Source: a virus. Taken from it: 64,000 nucleotides of DNA. The stretch is taken from positions 1 through 64,000 of IMG/VR virus record IMGVR_UViG_3300045600_000078. The stretch is one strand, 5' to 3'. The translations under genes were made by a program, and so were the position numbers. Of this stretch, positions 15,242-23,156 are shown piece after piece. Every line of letters begins with the position of its first letter. Position 1 is the first letter of the stretch. Under the pieces are notes generated by a model, which was not told the origin of the DNA, ran no database searches, and saw nothing but the letters and a program-made list of their open reading frames with translations.

Positions 15242-15426
15242 ACAACATGCTTTCTTGGCTTACTATATTTCTTGATGGCCTCCTTTTCGGTTCATGTGCC
15301 TATTGGCTCGTGGTTCTTTACTCGAACTTTGGGGGGCTTGCCTGGTTCTATCTGATAATAACTTTTGGCTTTTTTATATTTAGTCTTCTGTGCCTTGTGC
15401 GAGACATTCGAGCTCGAAATGTCTAG
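15238..15426 (+). CDS. Small two-TM membrane protein (62 aa)
   Basis: ATGA overlap with the upstream gene; hydrophobic throughout. Confidence 0.45.
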   Translation: MNNMLSWLTIFLDGLLFGSCAYWLVVLYSNFGGLAWFYLIITFGFFIFSLLCLVRDIRARNV

Positions 15427-15643
15427 TCTACTTCCAAAGGGAATAGGCGTCCCTGATTCGAATGGCGTTATGTGCTATATTGGTGATCAGGTTGTTTCGG
15501 ATAGAGGTGATGTATTTGTCGTTGATGAGTTTAGAATAACTGATGTTGATATTTTGTTCATTTCGTACAACCCTAGCTATGTTAAAATTGTGAACTATCT
15601 GAACGTTACCAAAAAAGATGAACCAGATGGGTGGGGAATGTAG
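15419..15643 (+). CDS. CYxGD-domain paralog 4 (start uncertain)
   Basis: PDSNGVMCYIGDQVVSDRGDVFVVDEF; no clear RBS. Confidence 0.4.
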   Translation: MSSLLPKGIGVPDSNGVMCYIGDQVVSDRGDVFVVDEFRITDVDILFISYNPSYVKIVNYLNVTKKDEPDGWGM

Positions 15644-15659
15644 TCTTCGAGGAGAACCC

Positions 15660-16094
15660 ATGGTAGAAAACGAAGTAGATAAGTGTGAAAACGAAACAGT
15701 AAAGTATGATGTTTACAAGCAGGATCTAGCAATAGATATTCAGCATCGCAATGGGCATACTTATAAAGATCTTGCTCAAGAGTATGACTGCTCGACCGCG
15801 AAGATTGCTTCAGTGTGTAAAAAGGTAGCCCGCCATCGAGCACGAGCTGCTAGAAAGAAACGAATTTATAAAATCGCTAAGAGTAAGGCTTTTAGTAAAG
15901 CCCAGATGGCAAAAGATTACTTCATCGACGAGAAACTTCTTGTCGAGATCATTCAAGAGCAGGACGTAGTTGCCAAGTATCTTGATCATGTTCCAGTAAA
16001 CGTTATTTTGCATCACTATCATCTCTCATTAGATGACTTTGAGCGTATCCTGTATCTGAATGTGGTAACTTCATATTTTATCAGCGGATCTTGA
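15660..16094 (+). CDS. Putative HTH DNA-binding protein (144 aa)
   Basis: GAGGAG 5 nt upstream of ATG 15660; HTYKDLAQEYDCSTAKIASVCKKV is HTH-like. Confidence 0.5.
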   Translation: MVENEVDKCENETVKYDVYKQDLAIDIQHRNGHTYKDLAQEYDCSTAKIASVCKKVARHRARAARKKRIYKIAKSKAFSKAQMAKDYFIDEKLLVEIIQEQDVVAKYLDHVPVNVILHHYHLSLDDFERILYLNVVTSYFISGS

Positions 16095-16097
16095 TTA

Positions 16098-16126
16098 TCC
16101 GCACGAATAGCATCCCCCCTAATGGA
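16098..16126 (+). promoter_or_regulatory. Tripartite promoter-like motif, copy 16 (weaker)
   Basis: TCCGCA cgaatag CAT cccc CCTAAT GGA. Confidence 0.4.
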
Positions 16127-16217
16127 AAGGTAAATGTTTAACAACACAATGTTAAGATCGGAAATGATTCCGAGTTTACTTACCATCAAAATTTTTATAT
16201 TTTAGAAAGGAGGAGCC

Positions 16218-16571
16218 ATGGATTCTATACTTTTGTATGTGTGCGGTACTTTTATATTGTTCTTTCTTATTAATCTTTCAATCCGAGAAACCATACGTTT
16301 TTATGTTGAAACAATGACCGACAGGAAATCCGGTGTCCCCGGAAAAGATTATGGCCATTGCTCAGAATGCTATTATCGAAGTGATCCAATTTATCGTCGG
16401 TTTGGTGTTTTGTATCTTTGCCAAAACCGAGATTCATCATATTTCGGAGAGCCTTGCCAGACCCAGGCCGTAGGATGTGAGGGGCATTTTAAGCAAAAGC
16501 CTACGGAGACTCCAGATTTCAATTGGGATTATCTTCCCTTTACAGATGATTCAAAAGAAAAGAACGACTGA
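16218..16571 (+). CDS. Membrane-anchored Cys-rich protein (117 aa)
   Basis: RBS AAGGAGGAG; N-terminal TM; HCSECYY...C..C motifs. Confidence 0.5.
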   Translation: MDSILLYVCGTFILFFLINLSIRETIRFYVETMTDRKSGVPGKDYGHCSECYYRSDPIYRRFGVLYLCQNRDSSYFGEPCQTQAVGCEGHFKQKPTETPDFNWDYLPFTDDSKEKND

Positions 16572-16587
16572 CTTTAGTTATATTTAT

Positions 16588-16671
16588 GGGGGCGTGGCGG
16601 AACGGCAGACGCGGGAGACTTAAAATCTTTTGTCGCAAGACGTGTGGGTTCGAATCCCACCGCCCCTACCA
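16588..16671 (+). tRNA. tRNA-Leu(UAA), type II, CCA encoded
   Basis: GGGGGCG/CGCCCCT acceptor (G1.U72), anticodon loop CTTAAAA, 13-nt variable arm, T-arm GTGGG-TTCGAAT-CCCAC, then ACCA. Confidence 0.9.
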
Positions 16672-16680
16672 ACTATTTTG

Positions 16681-16706
16681 ACTCTGTTAACAGAGTTTAT
16701 ATTTTT
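16681..16706 (+). terminator. Terminator hairpin after tRNA-Leu
   Basis: ACTCTG TTAA CAGAGT followed by TTATATTTTT. Confidence 0.5.
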
Positions 16707-16734
16707 AAACATTAAAGTCTATACTGGAGGAATC

Positions 16735-17085
16735 ATGAACGTTGGGTATACGCCGTTTTCTAATCATGATACGTTTATCGCTCGGGTAGCTCATACCAAG
16801 CCTGGGTATTTTCAATGGTGCACGATTTACCCACAAAACGATGGAACAGCTATATTTGAAACCAGAGAAGATGGGGCCAGAACTCAGATTAGAGTTCCTG
16901 TGAATTCGGTTAAGAATATTTTCTCAATCTCTTCTGAGTTGTTTAAGGCTTCCATTCGGCGTCTGGAACTTGAAGACCTTGACCCTGTAGAGTCATCAGA
17001 TATTTTGACTTGGAAACAGGTAAATAACAAAAAGCATATTTCAGACATGATTCCTTTTGGTCATAGATTCATAACTATGTGGTAA
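16735..17085 (+). CDS. Hypothetical protein (116 aa)
   Basis: TGGAGG 5 nt upstream of ATG 16735. The track start at 16630 lies inside tRNA-Leu. Confidence 0.5.
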   Translation: MNVGYTPFSNHDTFIARVAHTKPGYFQWCTIYPQNDGTAIFETREDGARTQIRVPVNSVKNIFSISSELFKASIRRLELEDLDPVESSDILTWKQVNNKKHISDMIPFGHRFITMW

Positions 17086-17097
17086 TGTGGTTTTACT

Positions 17098-17127
17098 GAG
17101 AAGAGAAACCTCTTCTCTTTTATATTT
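17098..17127 (+). terminator. Intrinsic terminator
   Basis: GAGAAGAG aaac CTCTTCTC followed by TTTTATATTT. Confidence 0.6.
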
Positions 17128-17156
17128 GAAAAGAGAGCGTTGAAAGGAGCACTATT

Positions 17157-17252
17157 ATGAATTGTGGCAAGTATGGTATCTTTACTGCTGGTGTTTGCTT
17201 TATGGTCGGTGCTTATGCTTGGGTGTGCTTTTACGCAGTAGATCATCGATAG
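17157..17252 (+). CDS. Micro membrane protein (31 aa, not in ORF track)
   Basis: Own translation MNCGKYGIFTAGVCFMVGAYAWVCFYAVDHR; RBS AAAGGAG; bracketed by two terminators. Confidence 0.3.
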   Translation: MNCGKYGIFTAGVCFMVGAYAWVCFYAVDHR

Positions 17253-17262
17253 AATAGTAATT

Positions 17263-17297
17263 GGAGGGGTCGAATTATAGGCCCCTCCTTTTATATT
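17263..17297 (+). terminator. Intrinsic terminator
   Basis: GGAGGGG tcgaattatagg CCCCTCC followed by TTTTATATT. Confidence 0.6.
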
Positions 17298-17313
17298 ACA
17301 AAAAGGAGATTTT

Positions 17314-17799
17314 ATGGGCAGCCCTGTTAGCAAGAACATTAACTTTATTAAAAAACCAGCTATGATTATTTCAGGTGTCGTGCTCATTACTATTTATACC
17401 GGAGCTATTTGGTGGGTTTCTCGTAAGCAAGCTATTCAATTCTGTGCATCGATGTTTACTGAGATTATGAACCAGTATTTGCCCACGAAAGATACTGGTT
17501 CCGGAATAGATAACGCTAAGTCAAACGAACTATCTGAAGAGGATAAAGATATTATTAATAGCTTCTCTTTTCCTCTGTTTCGTGAGAAAAAAGATGCCGA
17601 TCGTCTTCTTAAAGCTTGCAAAGATTATATTTCTATTTACGGTGTGGTCACTATTGGCGACATCTATAACATTCTTGGCGACGATGCCCCGTACGAAGCC
17701 TTCTGCTATGGATGGACACAAAACAACTTGTTTATGGTGAGTACCAAGCCAAATGGCTATTACTTTGTTGATGCCGGGGATCCTTCTTACATTGATTAA
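17314..17799 (+). CDS. N-terminally anchored hypothetical protein (161 aa)
   Basis: RBS AAAGGAG; TM MIISGVVLITIYTGAIWWV. Confidence 0.55.
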   Translation: MGSPVSKNINFIKKPAMIISGVVLITIYTGAIWWVSRKQAIQFCASMFTEIMNQYLPTKDTGSGIDNAKSNELSEEDKDIINSFSFPLFREKKDADRLLKACKDYISIYGVVTIGDIYNILGDDAPYEAFCYGWTQNNLFMVSTKPNGYYFVDAGDPSYID

Positions 17800-17810
17800 G
17801 GAGTTTAGGA

Positions 17811-18158
17811 ATGGCATACGTATATTTTGCAAAGACTGAGTGCAACAAAGTCCTTCCAGAACCCTATAATGAAGTAACTCACCATATTGTGATTGATAGT
17901 GACCGCCGCATTAAGATCGAGGCAATCTCATATTCTGATAAAGATCCTTCAAGCATCGACATTCACATCGGGCCAAATGAAGAAGTAGTTGTTGTATACA
18001 GCCTTCTTAATGACGAAGTAATGCGCGCCCATGGAACAGACATACTGTGTTCTGGGTATACTGACATGCTTCATATTTGCAAAGAGTATTCAACAGAGAT
18101 CGATGACGCAGTTAATGCCTGGTATAATCGGTTCTATTACAAAAAAGATGGGCGATAA
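17811..18158 (+). CDS. Hypothetical protein (115 aa); its 3' end is duplicated at 18798-18882
   Basis: RBS AAGGAG. Confidence 0.55.
   Translation: MAYVYFAKTECNKVLPEPYNEVTHHIVIDSDRRIKIEAISYSDKDPSSIDIHIGPNEEVVVVYSLLNDEVMRAHGTDILCSGYTDMLHICKEYSTEIDDAVNAWYNRFYYKKDGR
18066..18152 (+). repeat. Direct repeat, left copy (coding: C-terminus of 17811..18158)
   Basis: About 80% identical to 18798-18882; the 23-nt core cgcagttaatgcctggtataatc is identical. Confidence 0.8.
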
Positions 18159-18159
18159 C

Positions 18160-18780
18160 ATGAAACATAAAAACAATTCTTATTCACGTCCTAGCATTAA
18201 GTTTGGATATACTATGATGAAACCATTCCCGTTCAATTATCTTTACATTATTCCAGGAAGAACTTCCATATTTACGACTGGAAATGGAAAGTTCTACAAT
18301 CTTGGAAAGTTCTTAAGAGTTGACAAAAACATTAATCCTGATTCTGGCTCAGAGTCTGTTCAATCCGGAATTATATTTGAAAAGACGGTGGAGGATACTC
18401 TCTTCGAAGGCTACAGTGCCCAAAACGAGTTGACAGATGCTATCCTCGGTATTGATCAGATAATTGTAAATGGAGACTTTACCAAGGTTATATTTAAGGA
18501 TGGCACCTCGTCATCCGTTCGCCGAAAGCATGCTGATCCAAATAAGCCAGGGGATACAGAGGACAAAGACGATCGTGAAGTCGCAGTGCTGTATTGTCTT
18601 ATGGAGCACGCTATTCCTGGATTCAAGACCTCAATTCGCAAGAAGATTGCTCTTGCTGAGGAAAAGAAATGTATTTCTGACAAAAATAGGCTTGATCGTT
18701 CAGCAAGAAAGGCCGCTAAAAAGGATGTTTCTAAAAAGAGTAAAAAGAACTATACAAAAACTAAGAATGTCCACCGATAA
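18160..18780 (+). CDS. Hypothetical protein with basic C-terminal tail (206 aa); flanked by ~85-bp direct repeats
   Basis: ATG 18160 lies right after the upstream stop. Segment VIFKDGTSSSVRRKHADP..EVAVLYCLMEHAIPGF resembles a common phage domain of unknown function. Confidence 0.55.
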   Translation: MKHKNNSYSRPSIKFGYTMMKPFPFNYLYIIPGRTSIFTTGNGKFYNLGKFLRVDKNINPDSGSESVQSGIIFEKTVEDTLFEGYSAQNELTDAILGIDQIIVNGDFTKVIFKDGTSSSVRRKHADPNKPGDTEDKDDREVAVLYCLMEHAIPGFKTSIRKKIALAEEKKCISDKNRLDRSARKAAKKDVSKKSKKNYTKTKNVHR

Positions 18781-18797
18781 AGATAAACAATACTTCG

Positions 18798-18882
18798 ATG
18801 CTTCATATTCTTAAAAGTATTCGACTAAGATCGATTCCGCAGTTAATGCCTGGTATAATCAGTTTTATCATAAAATAGATGG
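18798..18882 (+). repeat. Direct repeat, right copy (decayed, in-frame stop)
   Basis: Reads DASYS*KYSTKIDSAVNAWYNQFYHKIDGG against MLHICKEYSTEIDDAVNAWYNRFYYKKDGR. Confidence 0.8.
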
Positions 18883-18891
18883 AGGGTACAG

Positions 18892-19317
18892 ATGATTAAG
18901 ATGACGAACAAGCAAGATAATGACAACGAGTCGTATATCAATCAGCTTGAGCACATGGTAAATATACTCAAAGCGCAACTCAATGATGCCCGGATGCCAG
19001 ACTACGCCGACGAGCCGATGCTAACTAAGCACGAGATGTACGACAGGATCCAGGTGCTTCTTGCCGAACGAGACAAGCTTGAGAAAGACCTCGTCTCTCT
19101 TGTCAGTTCATATTCCGACTCATGGGATAAGGTCGATGCGGACTTAGAGAAGGGTGCCTGCGCGTACTTTTCCCACTCCGGAAAAGACTGTCACGGGTGT
19201 CCTGCATATTGCACTGAAAAGTGCTCGTGCGAGGGATACATGGCTCGTGACCTCGTGCGTCGCTGCAAGGAACTCGCTGGGGTTACGGACGATTCCCCAT
19301 GTTCTTCTAAAAACTAA
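18892..19317 (+). CDS. Coiled-coil protein with Cys-rich C-terminus (141 aa)
   Basis: RBS GGAGGG; CHGCPAYCTEKCSCEGY. Confidence 0.55.
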   Translation: MIKMTNKQDNDNESYINQLEHMVNILKAQLNDARMPDYADEPMLTKHEMYDRIQVLLAERDKLEKDLVSLVSSYSDSWDKVDADLEKGACAYFSHSGKDCHGCPAYCTEKCSCEGYMARDLVRRCKELAGVTDDSPCSSKN

Positions 19318-19326
19318 GGATTTTTT

Positions 19327-20010
19327 ATGATACGTATAGACAATACCACCGAGTATGGATTCTGCGAAGCCATCCGAGGTATGCGAAACCCCATGAATAG
19401 TTGGGATAAGAGCGATACAAAAATATCAGAAAAAACATATACGGTTAATAGTGAAACGTATATGCATACACAAATACCAACCTGGCCATCAATAGGACCA
19501 AAAGATATAGATCTCATGCTTCGTCTTCGTAAAGCGGGGGCCGACCATCGAAAGTATCTTCGTATGATCGTTGTGTGGACTGATATTACTGCCCCGCTAT
19601 ATTGGTGGAAAGAGTTCGACACTTATAAGGTCGGAACCGTCGCTGATAGCTGTAGCACAATGCATAAGATCGCGGCCAAAGAGTTTACCATGGATGACTT
19701 TAGTCACGATCATCTTGCCCCATCTACAGTTATTAAATCAGATACCAAGAGTCCGATTGAGGTGCTTTCTGATACTATATCGGTTCTTAATAACTCGAGA
19801 AAAAAGTATCTTGAGACCAAGGACAAGGCCTATTGGTGGGAGATGATTCAGCTTCTTCCTTCAAGCTACAATCAGAATCGAACTGTTGAGCTGAACTACG
19901 AGGTTCTTACAAACATATATTTTGCTCGTAAGAATCATAAGCTTGACGAGTGGCATGTGTTCTGTGATTGGATTGAGAAGCTTCCATATTCTCAGATCAT
20001 TACTCTTTAA
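19327..20010 (+). CDS. ThyX-like (flavin-dependent thymidylate synthase-like) protein with a divergent signature motif
   Basis: GADHRKYLRMIVVWTDITAPLYWWKEFDTYKVGTVADSCSTMH parallels the ThyX core GH.S.LEH..F.F.I.G.SR....E..RHR..S....S.RY, but the RHR motif is replaced. Confidence 0.4.
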   Translation: MIRIDNTTEYGFCEAIRGMRNPMNSWDKSDTKISEKTYTVNSETYMHTQIPTWPSIGPKDIDLMLRLRKAGADHRKYLRMIVVWTDITAPLYWWKEFDTYKVGTVADSCSTMHKIAAKEFTMDDFSHDHLAPSTVIKSDTKSPIEVLSDTISVLNNSRKKYLETKDKAYWWEMIQLLPSSYNQNRTVELNYEVLTNIYFARKNHKLDEWHVFCDWIEKLPYSQIITL

Positions 20011-20048
20011 TAATTTTGGCAGTTCATAGTCAGGAGAAGAGGGTTGCT

Positions 20049-20345
20049 ATGAGCAAAATTAGATCTTCGGTTAAGTCTCGGAGACTTGTGCGTAGGAACC
20101 GAACGTGGTTCCGCGCTCTATATCTTACTGGTATGACCAGTACGGAACTTAAACAGATTGTCGATGGCTACGGCTTATTCGAATCGGCTATTTCTAAAGT
20201 AAAGAAGTCTCTTTTTGATTTCGGTGTTGAGTTAATGGATTACTGCAATCCTATATTTAGCAATCTGGAAGTCACTCTATCCGAGATCTCTGAAGACGAT
20301 ATACGTCAAGCAACCGATTCATTAAACAAGGAAGCGAGGATCTAA
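20049..20345 (+). CDS. Hypothetical basic protein (98 aa)
   Basis: RBS AGAGGG 5 nt upstream of the internal ATG. Confidence 0.45.
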   Translation: MSKIRSSVKSRRLVRRNRTWFRALYLTGMTSTELKQIVDGYGLFESAISKVKKSLFDFGVELMDYCNPIFSNLEVTLSEISEDDIRQATDSLNKEARI

Positions 20346-20683
20346 TGCCCATATTTCCGCCATTTGACACATTCCGCAAGACAATCATCTCTATAAAGCC
20401 ATCCGATGGAGAACGGTACGATAGGCTCATTGATATTCGTAGTAATGACGACCGAATTCTTGTTCGCGGAAGAGCCAGCAGAACTTGTTCCGATTCGGCT
20501 ATCAGTATTTCTGTAGATAAGAATGTTTATATTTACAGGCTCGATACTGGTGCCATCTATGACATGCAGCATCCGAGAGTAAATGCTGAGCTAAAGGGGA
20601 AGCTTGCTGCTCGCGTTAACACCGCTCGTATTGCTTGGTACTGCCGCGACTTCATCACACCTGCTGACGCCTCAGTCAAGTAA
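20345..20683 (+). CDS. Hypothetical protein (112 aa)
   Basis: TAATG overlap with the upstream gene. Confidence 0.5.
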   Translation: MPIFPPFDTFRKTIISIKPSDGERYDRLIDIRSNDDRILVRGRASRTCSDSAISISVDKNVYIYRLDTGAIYDMQHPRVNAELKGKLAARVNTARIAWYCRDFITPADASVK

Positions 20684-20696
20684 TTTTATATTCTAG

Positions 20697-20773
20697 GCCT
20701 CGGTAACTCAATTGGTTAGAGTAGTGGACTTTTAATCCAAAGGTTGTGGGTTCGAATCCCACCCGGAGCACCA
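20697..20773 (+). tRNA. tRNA-Lys(UUU) copy 1, CCA encoded, C3.A70 acceptor mismatch
   Basis: GCCTCGG/CCGGAGC acceptor, anticodon loop CTTTTAA, T-arm GTGGG-TTCGAAT-CCCAC. Confidence 0.85.
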
Positions 20774-20798
20774 TCTTCGTTTCACAAGTTATATTTAG

Positions 20799-20875
20799 GC
20801 CTCGGTAACTCAATTGGTTAGAGTAGTGGACTTTTAATCCAAAGGTTGTGGGTTCGAATCCCACCCGGGGCACCA
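20799..20875 (+). tRNA. tRNA-Lys(UUU) copy 2, CCA encoded
   Basis: Identical to copy 1 except G70 restores the C3-G70 pair (CCGGGGC). Confidence 0.9.
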
Positions 20876-20919
20876 TATAACTCTTTATAGCATCTGTGTA
20901 TCTTCGTGAAAGGATTGGC

Positions 20920-21231
20920 ATGATCATAGAGCAAGAGTACGGTACGTGCCCCGTTTGCGGGCATAAGGATAGCCTTGTAAACGAGGCTGGAGACGGAACT
21001 AAGCTAAGAACCTGTCGCAATGTCGCGTGCCCCATGTTTTATATTCCGGTTGATGCTGATCTAGATGTGGTTAAGAGTCTTGAGGCTGTGGGGTATGAGT
21101 TTCGTTCGGAATGCGGGGATTCATATTTTTTGGTAAAGGATGATCATGGTTTTCTCTTGGCTAAGTCTATAGTTCCAGTCGACGAGACCCCGGATTTTGA
21201 TAACATGCAGATTGAGTTCGATGGCAAGTAG
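20920..21231 (+). CDS. Zinc-ribbon protein (103 aa)
   Basis: RBS GAAAGGA; CPVCGH...CRNVAC. Confidence 0.5.
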   Translation: MIIEQEYGTCPVCGHKDSLVNEAGDGTKLRTCRNVACPMFYIPVDADLDVVKSLEAVGYEFRSECGDSYFLVKDDHGFLLAKSIVPVDETPDFDNMQIEFDGK

Positions 21232-21314
21232 TTATATTCAAGTCACTGAGCCAATTATAAGCAACTATAAGACAGCACTTTCTTTTTAAAAACACTACTA
21301 AACACTTTATATTT

Positions 21315-21389
21315 GGCATCATCGTCTAATGGTTAGGACGAGACCCTTTCAAGGTCTAGATGCGAGTTCAATTCTCACTGATGCTACCA
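21315..21389 (+). tRNA. tRNA-Glu(UUC), CCA encoded
   Basis: GGCATCA/TGATGCT acceptor (G1.U72), D-arm GTCT-AATGGTTA-GGAC, anticodon loop CTTTCAA. The T-arm has one C.A mismatch. Confidence 0.8.
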
Positions 21390-21426
21390 TATTTTTAATC
21401 ATATGGGTATTTAGAAAAGAGGAACC

Positions 21427-21690
21427 ATGGACAAGCAAACTATCGAGGACAACATTGATTCGATGAATCGATCCATGATTTATATTAATAACTATGTATC
21501 TTCAATGTATCAAAAAGTTAATAAGATCTCTACTCTTTGGGACGAGATTGAGTACGAAACAGCTCAGCTTTCGTCATACCTTTCTGAGGAAATTACTTAT
21601 CGAAATCGCATAGCACAGGAATGCAAGCTAGCTTCAGAATACATTGATAATGATACTATTTCTGATTGTGATAATAGTAATTGCAAATAA
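21427..21690 (+). CDS. Hypothetical protein (87 aa)
   Basis: RBS AAGAGGAA. Confidence 0.5.
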   Translation: MDKQTIEDNIDSMNRSMIYINNYVSSMYQKVNKISTLWDEIEYETAQLSSYLSEEITYRNRIAQECKLASEYIDNDTISDCDNSNCK

Positions 21691-21723
21691 CTATATGATT
21701 GAAAACATTTGAAAGAAGAGGCC

Positions 21724-22101
21724 ATGAGTAATTCTATATTTTCTAACGATGATACTCCTTCGAATCGTCTCACCTATAACTATTCACGAGATGGCTGGGA
21801 GTGCGAGCAAAAGACAGAGTACAAGCCTAATCCAAAGAAGGCTGCGTCTGATATTTCAGAGAAGCCTAAGGTGTTTGATGATCCCATTAATCATCCGAAT
21901 CATTACCAGTCTGGAACAGGTCTCGAGGTCATCAATGTTATTGAGTCATTCACGGAGGATCTCAATGGCTTCGAAGGTGCATGCACAGGAAACGTCATCA
22001 AGTATATTTGTCGTTGGAAGCATAAGAATGGTATAGAGGACCTTAAGAAGGCTCGTTGGTATCTTAATACACTCATTGATTATGTTGAAACGGAGGACTA
22101 A
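21724..22101 (+). CDS. DUF3310-family phage protein
   Basis: INHPNHYQSG..EVINVIE....NVIKYICRWKHKNG.EDLKKARWYL matches the HPxHY / KY..R motifs of DUF3310. Confidence 0.6.
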   Translation: MSNSIFSNDDTPSNRLTYNYSRDGWECEQKTEYKPNPKKAASDISEKPKVFDDPINHPNHYQSGTGLEVINVIESFTEDLNGFEGACTGNVIKYICRWKHKNGIEDLKKARWYLNTLIDYVETED

Positions 22102-22328
22102 TGGCTATTATAGCAAAAAAGAAAGAGGATAAAGATATTCAGGCAGTTCTTTTGCTAAGAAATCCCGAAAACGGGCATGTGACTGCTATTGGCGCACAGC
22201 ACGTTGACGCTATTCCAGCGCTTCGAATGAAGCCAAAACAAAAGCATTGGCATAAGATCATTACCCTCACCCTTGAAGACATAGTCCCGATTCCTGTTTC
22301 TCAGCGTAATCGTTGGCTTGGAAAGTAG
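22101..22328 (+). CDS. Hypothetical protein (75 aa)
   Basis: TAATG overlap with the upstream gene. Confidence 0.45.
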   Translation: MAIIAKKKEDKDIQAVLLLRNPENGHVTAIGAQHVDAIPALRMKPKQKHWHKIITLTLEDIVPIPVSQRNRWLGK

Positions 22329-22335
22329 AAACATT

Positions 22336-22728
22336 ATGACAACTAATTCATATTTGAAAGAACGAGAAGAGATCGCCGGGCTTACTAAGAAGACCGTTGC
22401 TATAGATTTCGACGGTGTGGTTCATCGGTATTGTGGCCCCCGGATTAACGATTCCTCAATTACAGATGGGGTATATCCTGGAATTGACCAGGTAATCCGT
22501 CAACTTCGAAACGATGGCTATGCCGTTGTAATCGTGTCCTCTCGTTGTCGTACTATGAAGGGGCTTCATGCAATTGAGGCCTGGCTTAAGAAAAACGATA
22601 TTACTGTTGACGGTGTATTCTCGACTAAGCCTGCCGCTTTTGTTACCATTGATGACAAGGCTATCTGTTTTGACGGAAACGCAGATACTCTTGTCGAAAA
22701 AGTTGAGCACTTCAGGCCTTACATCTAG
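22336..22728 (+). CDS. HAD-superfamily phosphatase (nucleotidase-like)
   Basis: Motif I AIDFDGV, motif II VIVSSR, C-terminal DDK; size and pattern resemble 5'(3')-deoxyribonucleotidase-like HADs. Confidence 0.55.
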   Translation: MTTNSYLKEREEIAGLTKKTVAIDFDGVVHRYCGPRINDSSITDGVYPGIDQVIRQLRNDGYAVVIVSSRCRTMKGLHAIEAWLKKNDITVDGVFSTKPAAFVTIDDKAICFDGNADTLVEKVEHFRPYI

Positions 22729-22739
22729 GAGGCATATTT

Positions 22740-23156
22740 ATGAGCGACGAAATACGAAGCCAGATAACAACGTTGCTTTCAAATGTTAATGGTTGGCCCT
22801 CCAATGATCAGATTCAGTCCTATATTCGGGCTAACGTTCTCTGGGAATTATGCTGGATCGTCTTCTTTGTCCTTGCTATCATCATATCTGTAATTGCTAT
22901 GGTAAAGCTTGTATATAAGCCCTACAAGAAGGTAAAGAATACGGTAATCAATGAAAATCGTTGGAATGAGACAGTGATTGATTCATTTTCAACGTATTGC
23001 CGTGAATCAATGGGTTATCCAGAGATTACGTTTTGGTTTTTGATCATAACCATCATCATTCTTGCTATCTGCCTTTCCGTGAATGTCATTTATTTTATTG
23101 ATTGGCTTAGCAATCCAAATGGAATGGTCATTAATAACTTTATTATGGCCCTCTAA
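22740..23156 (+). CDS. Polytopic membrane protein (138 aa)
   Basis: RBS AGGAGG; three hydrophobic helices. Confidence 0.5.
   Translation: MSDEIRSQITTLLSNVNGWPSNDQIQSYIRANVLWELCWIVFFVLAIIISVIAMVKLVYKPYKKVKNTVINENRWNETVIDSFSTYCRESMGYPEITFWFLIITIIILAICLSVNVIYFIDWLSNPNGMVINNFIMAL

Noticed and set aside
20676-21035. 119-aa minus-strand ORF, and the + ORF start at 16630
   Set aside because: Both run through tRNA genes (the two tRNA-Lys genes and tRNA-Leu respectively). The tRNA cloverleaves are unambiguous.
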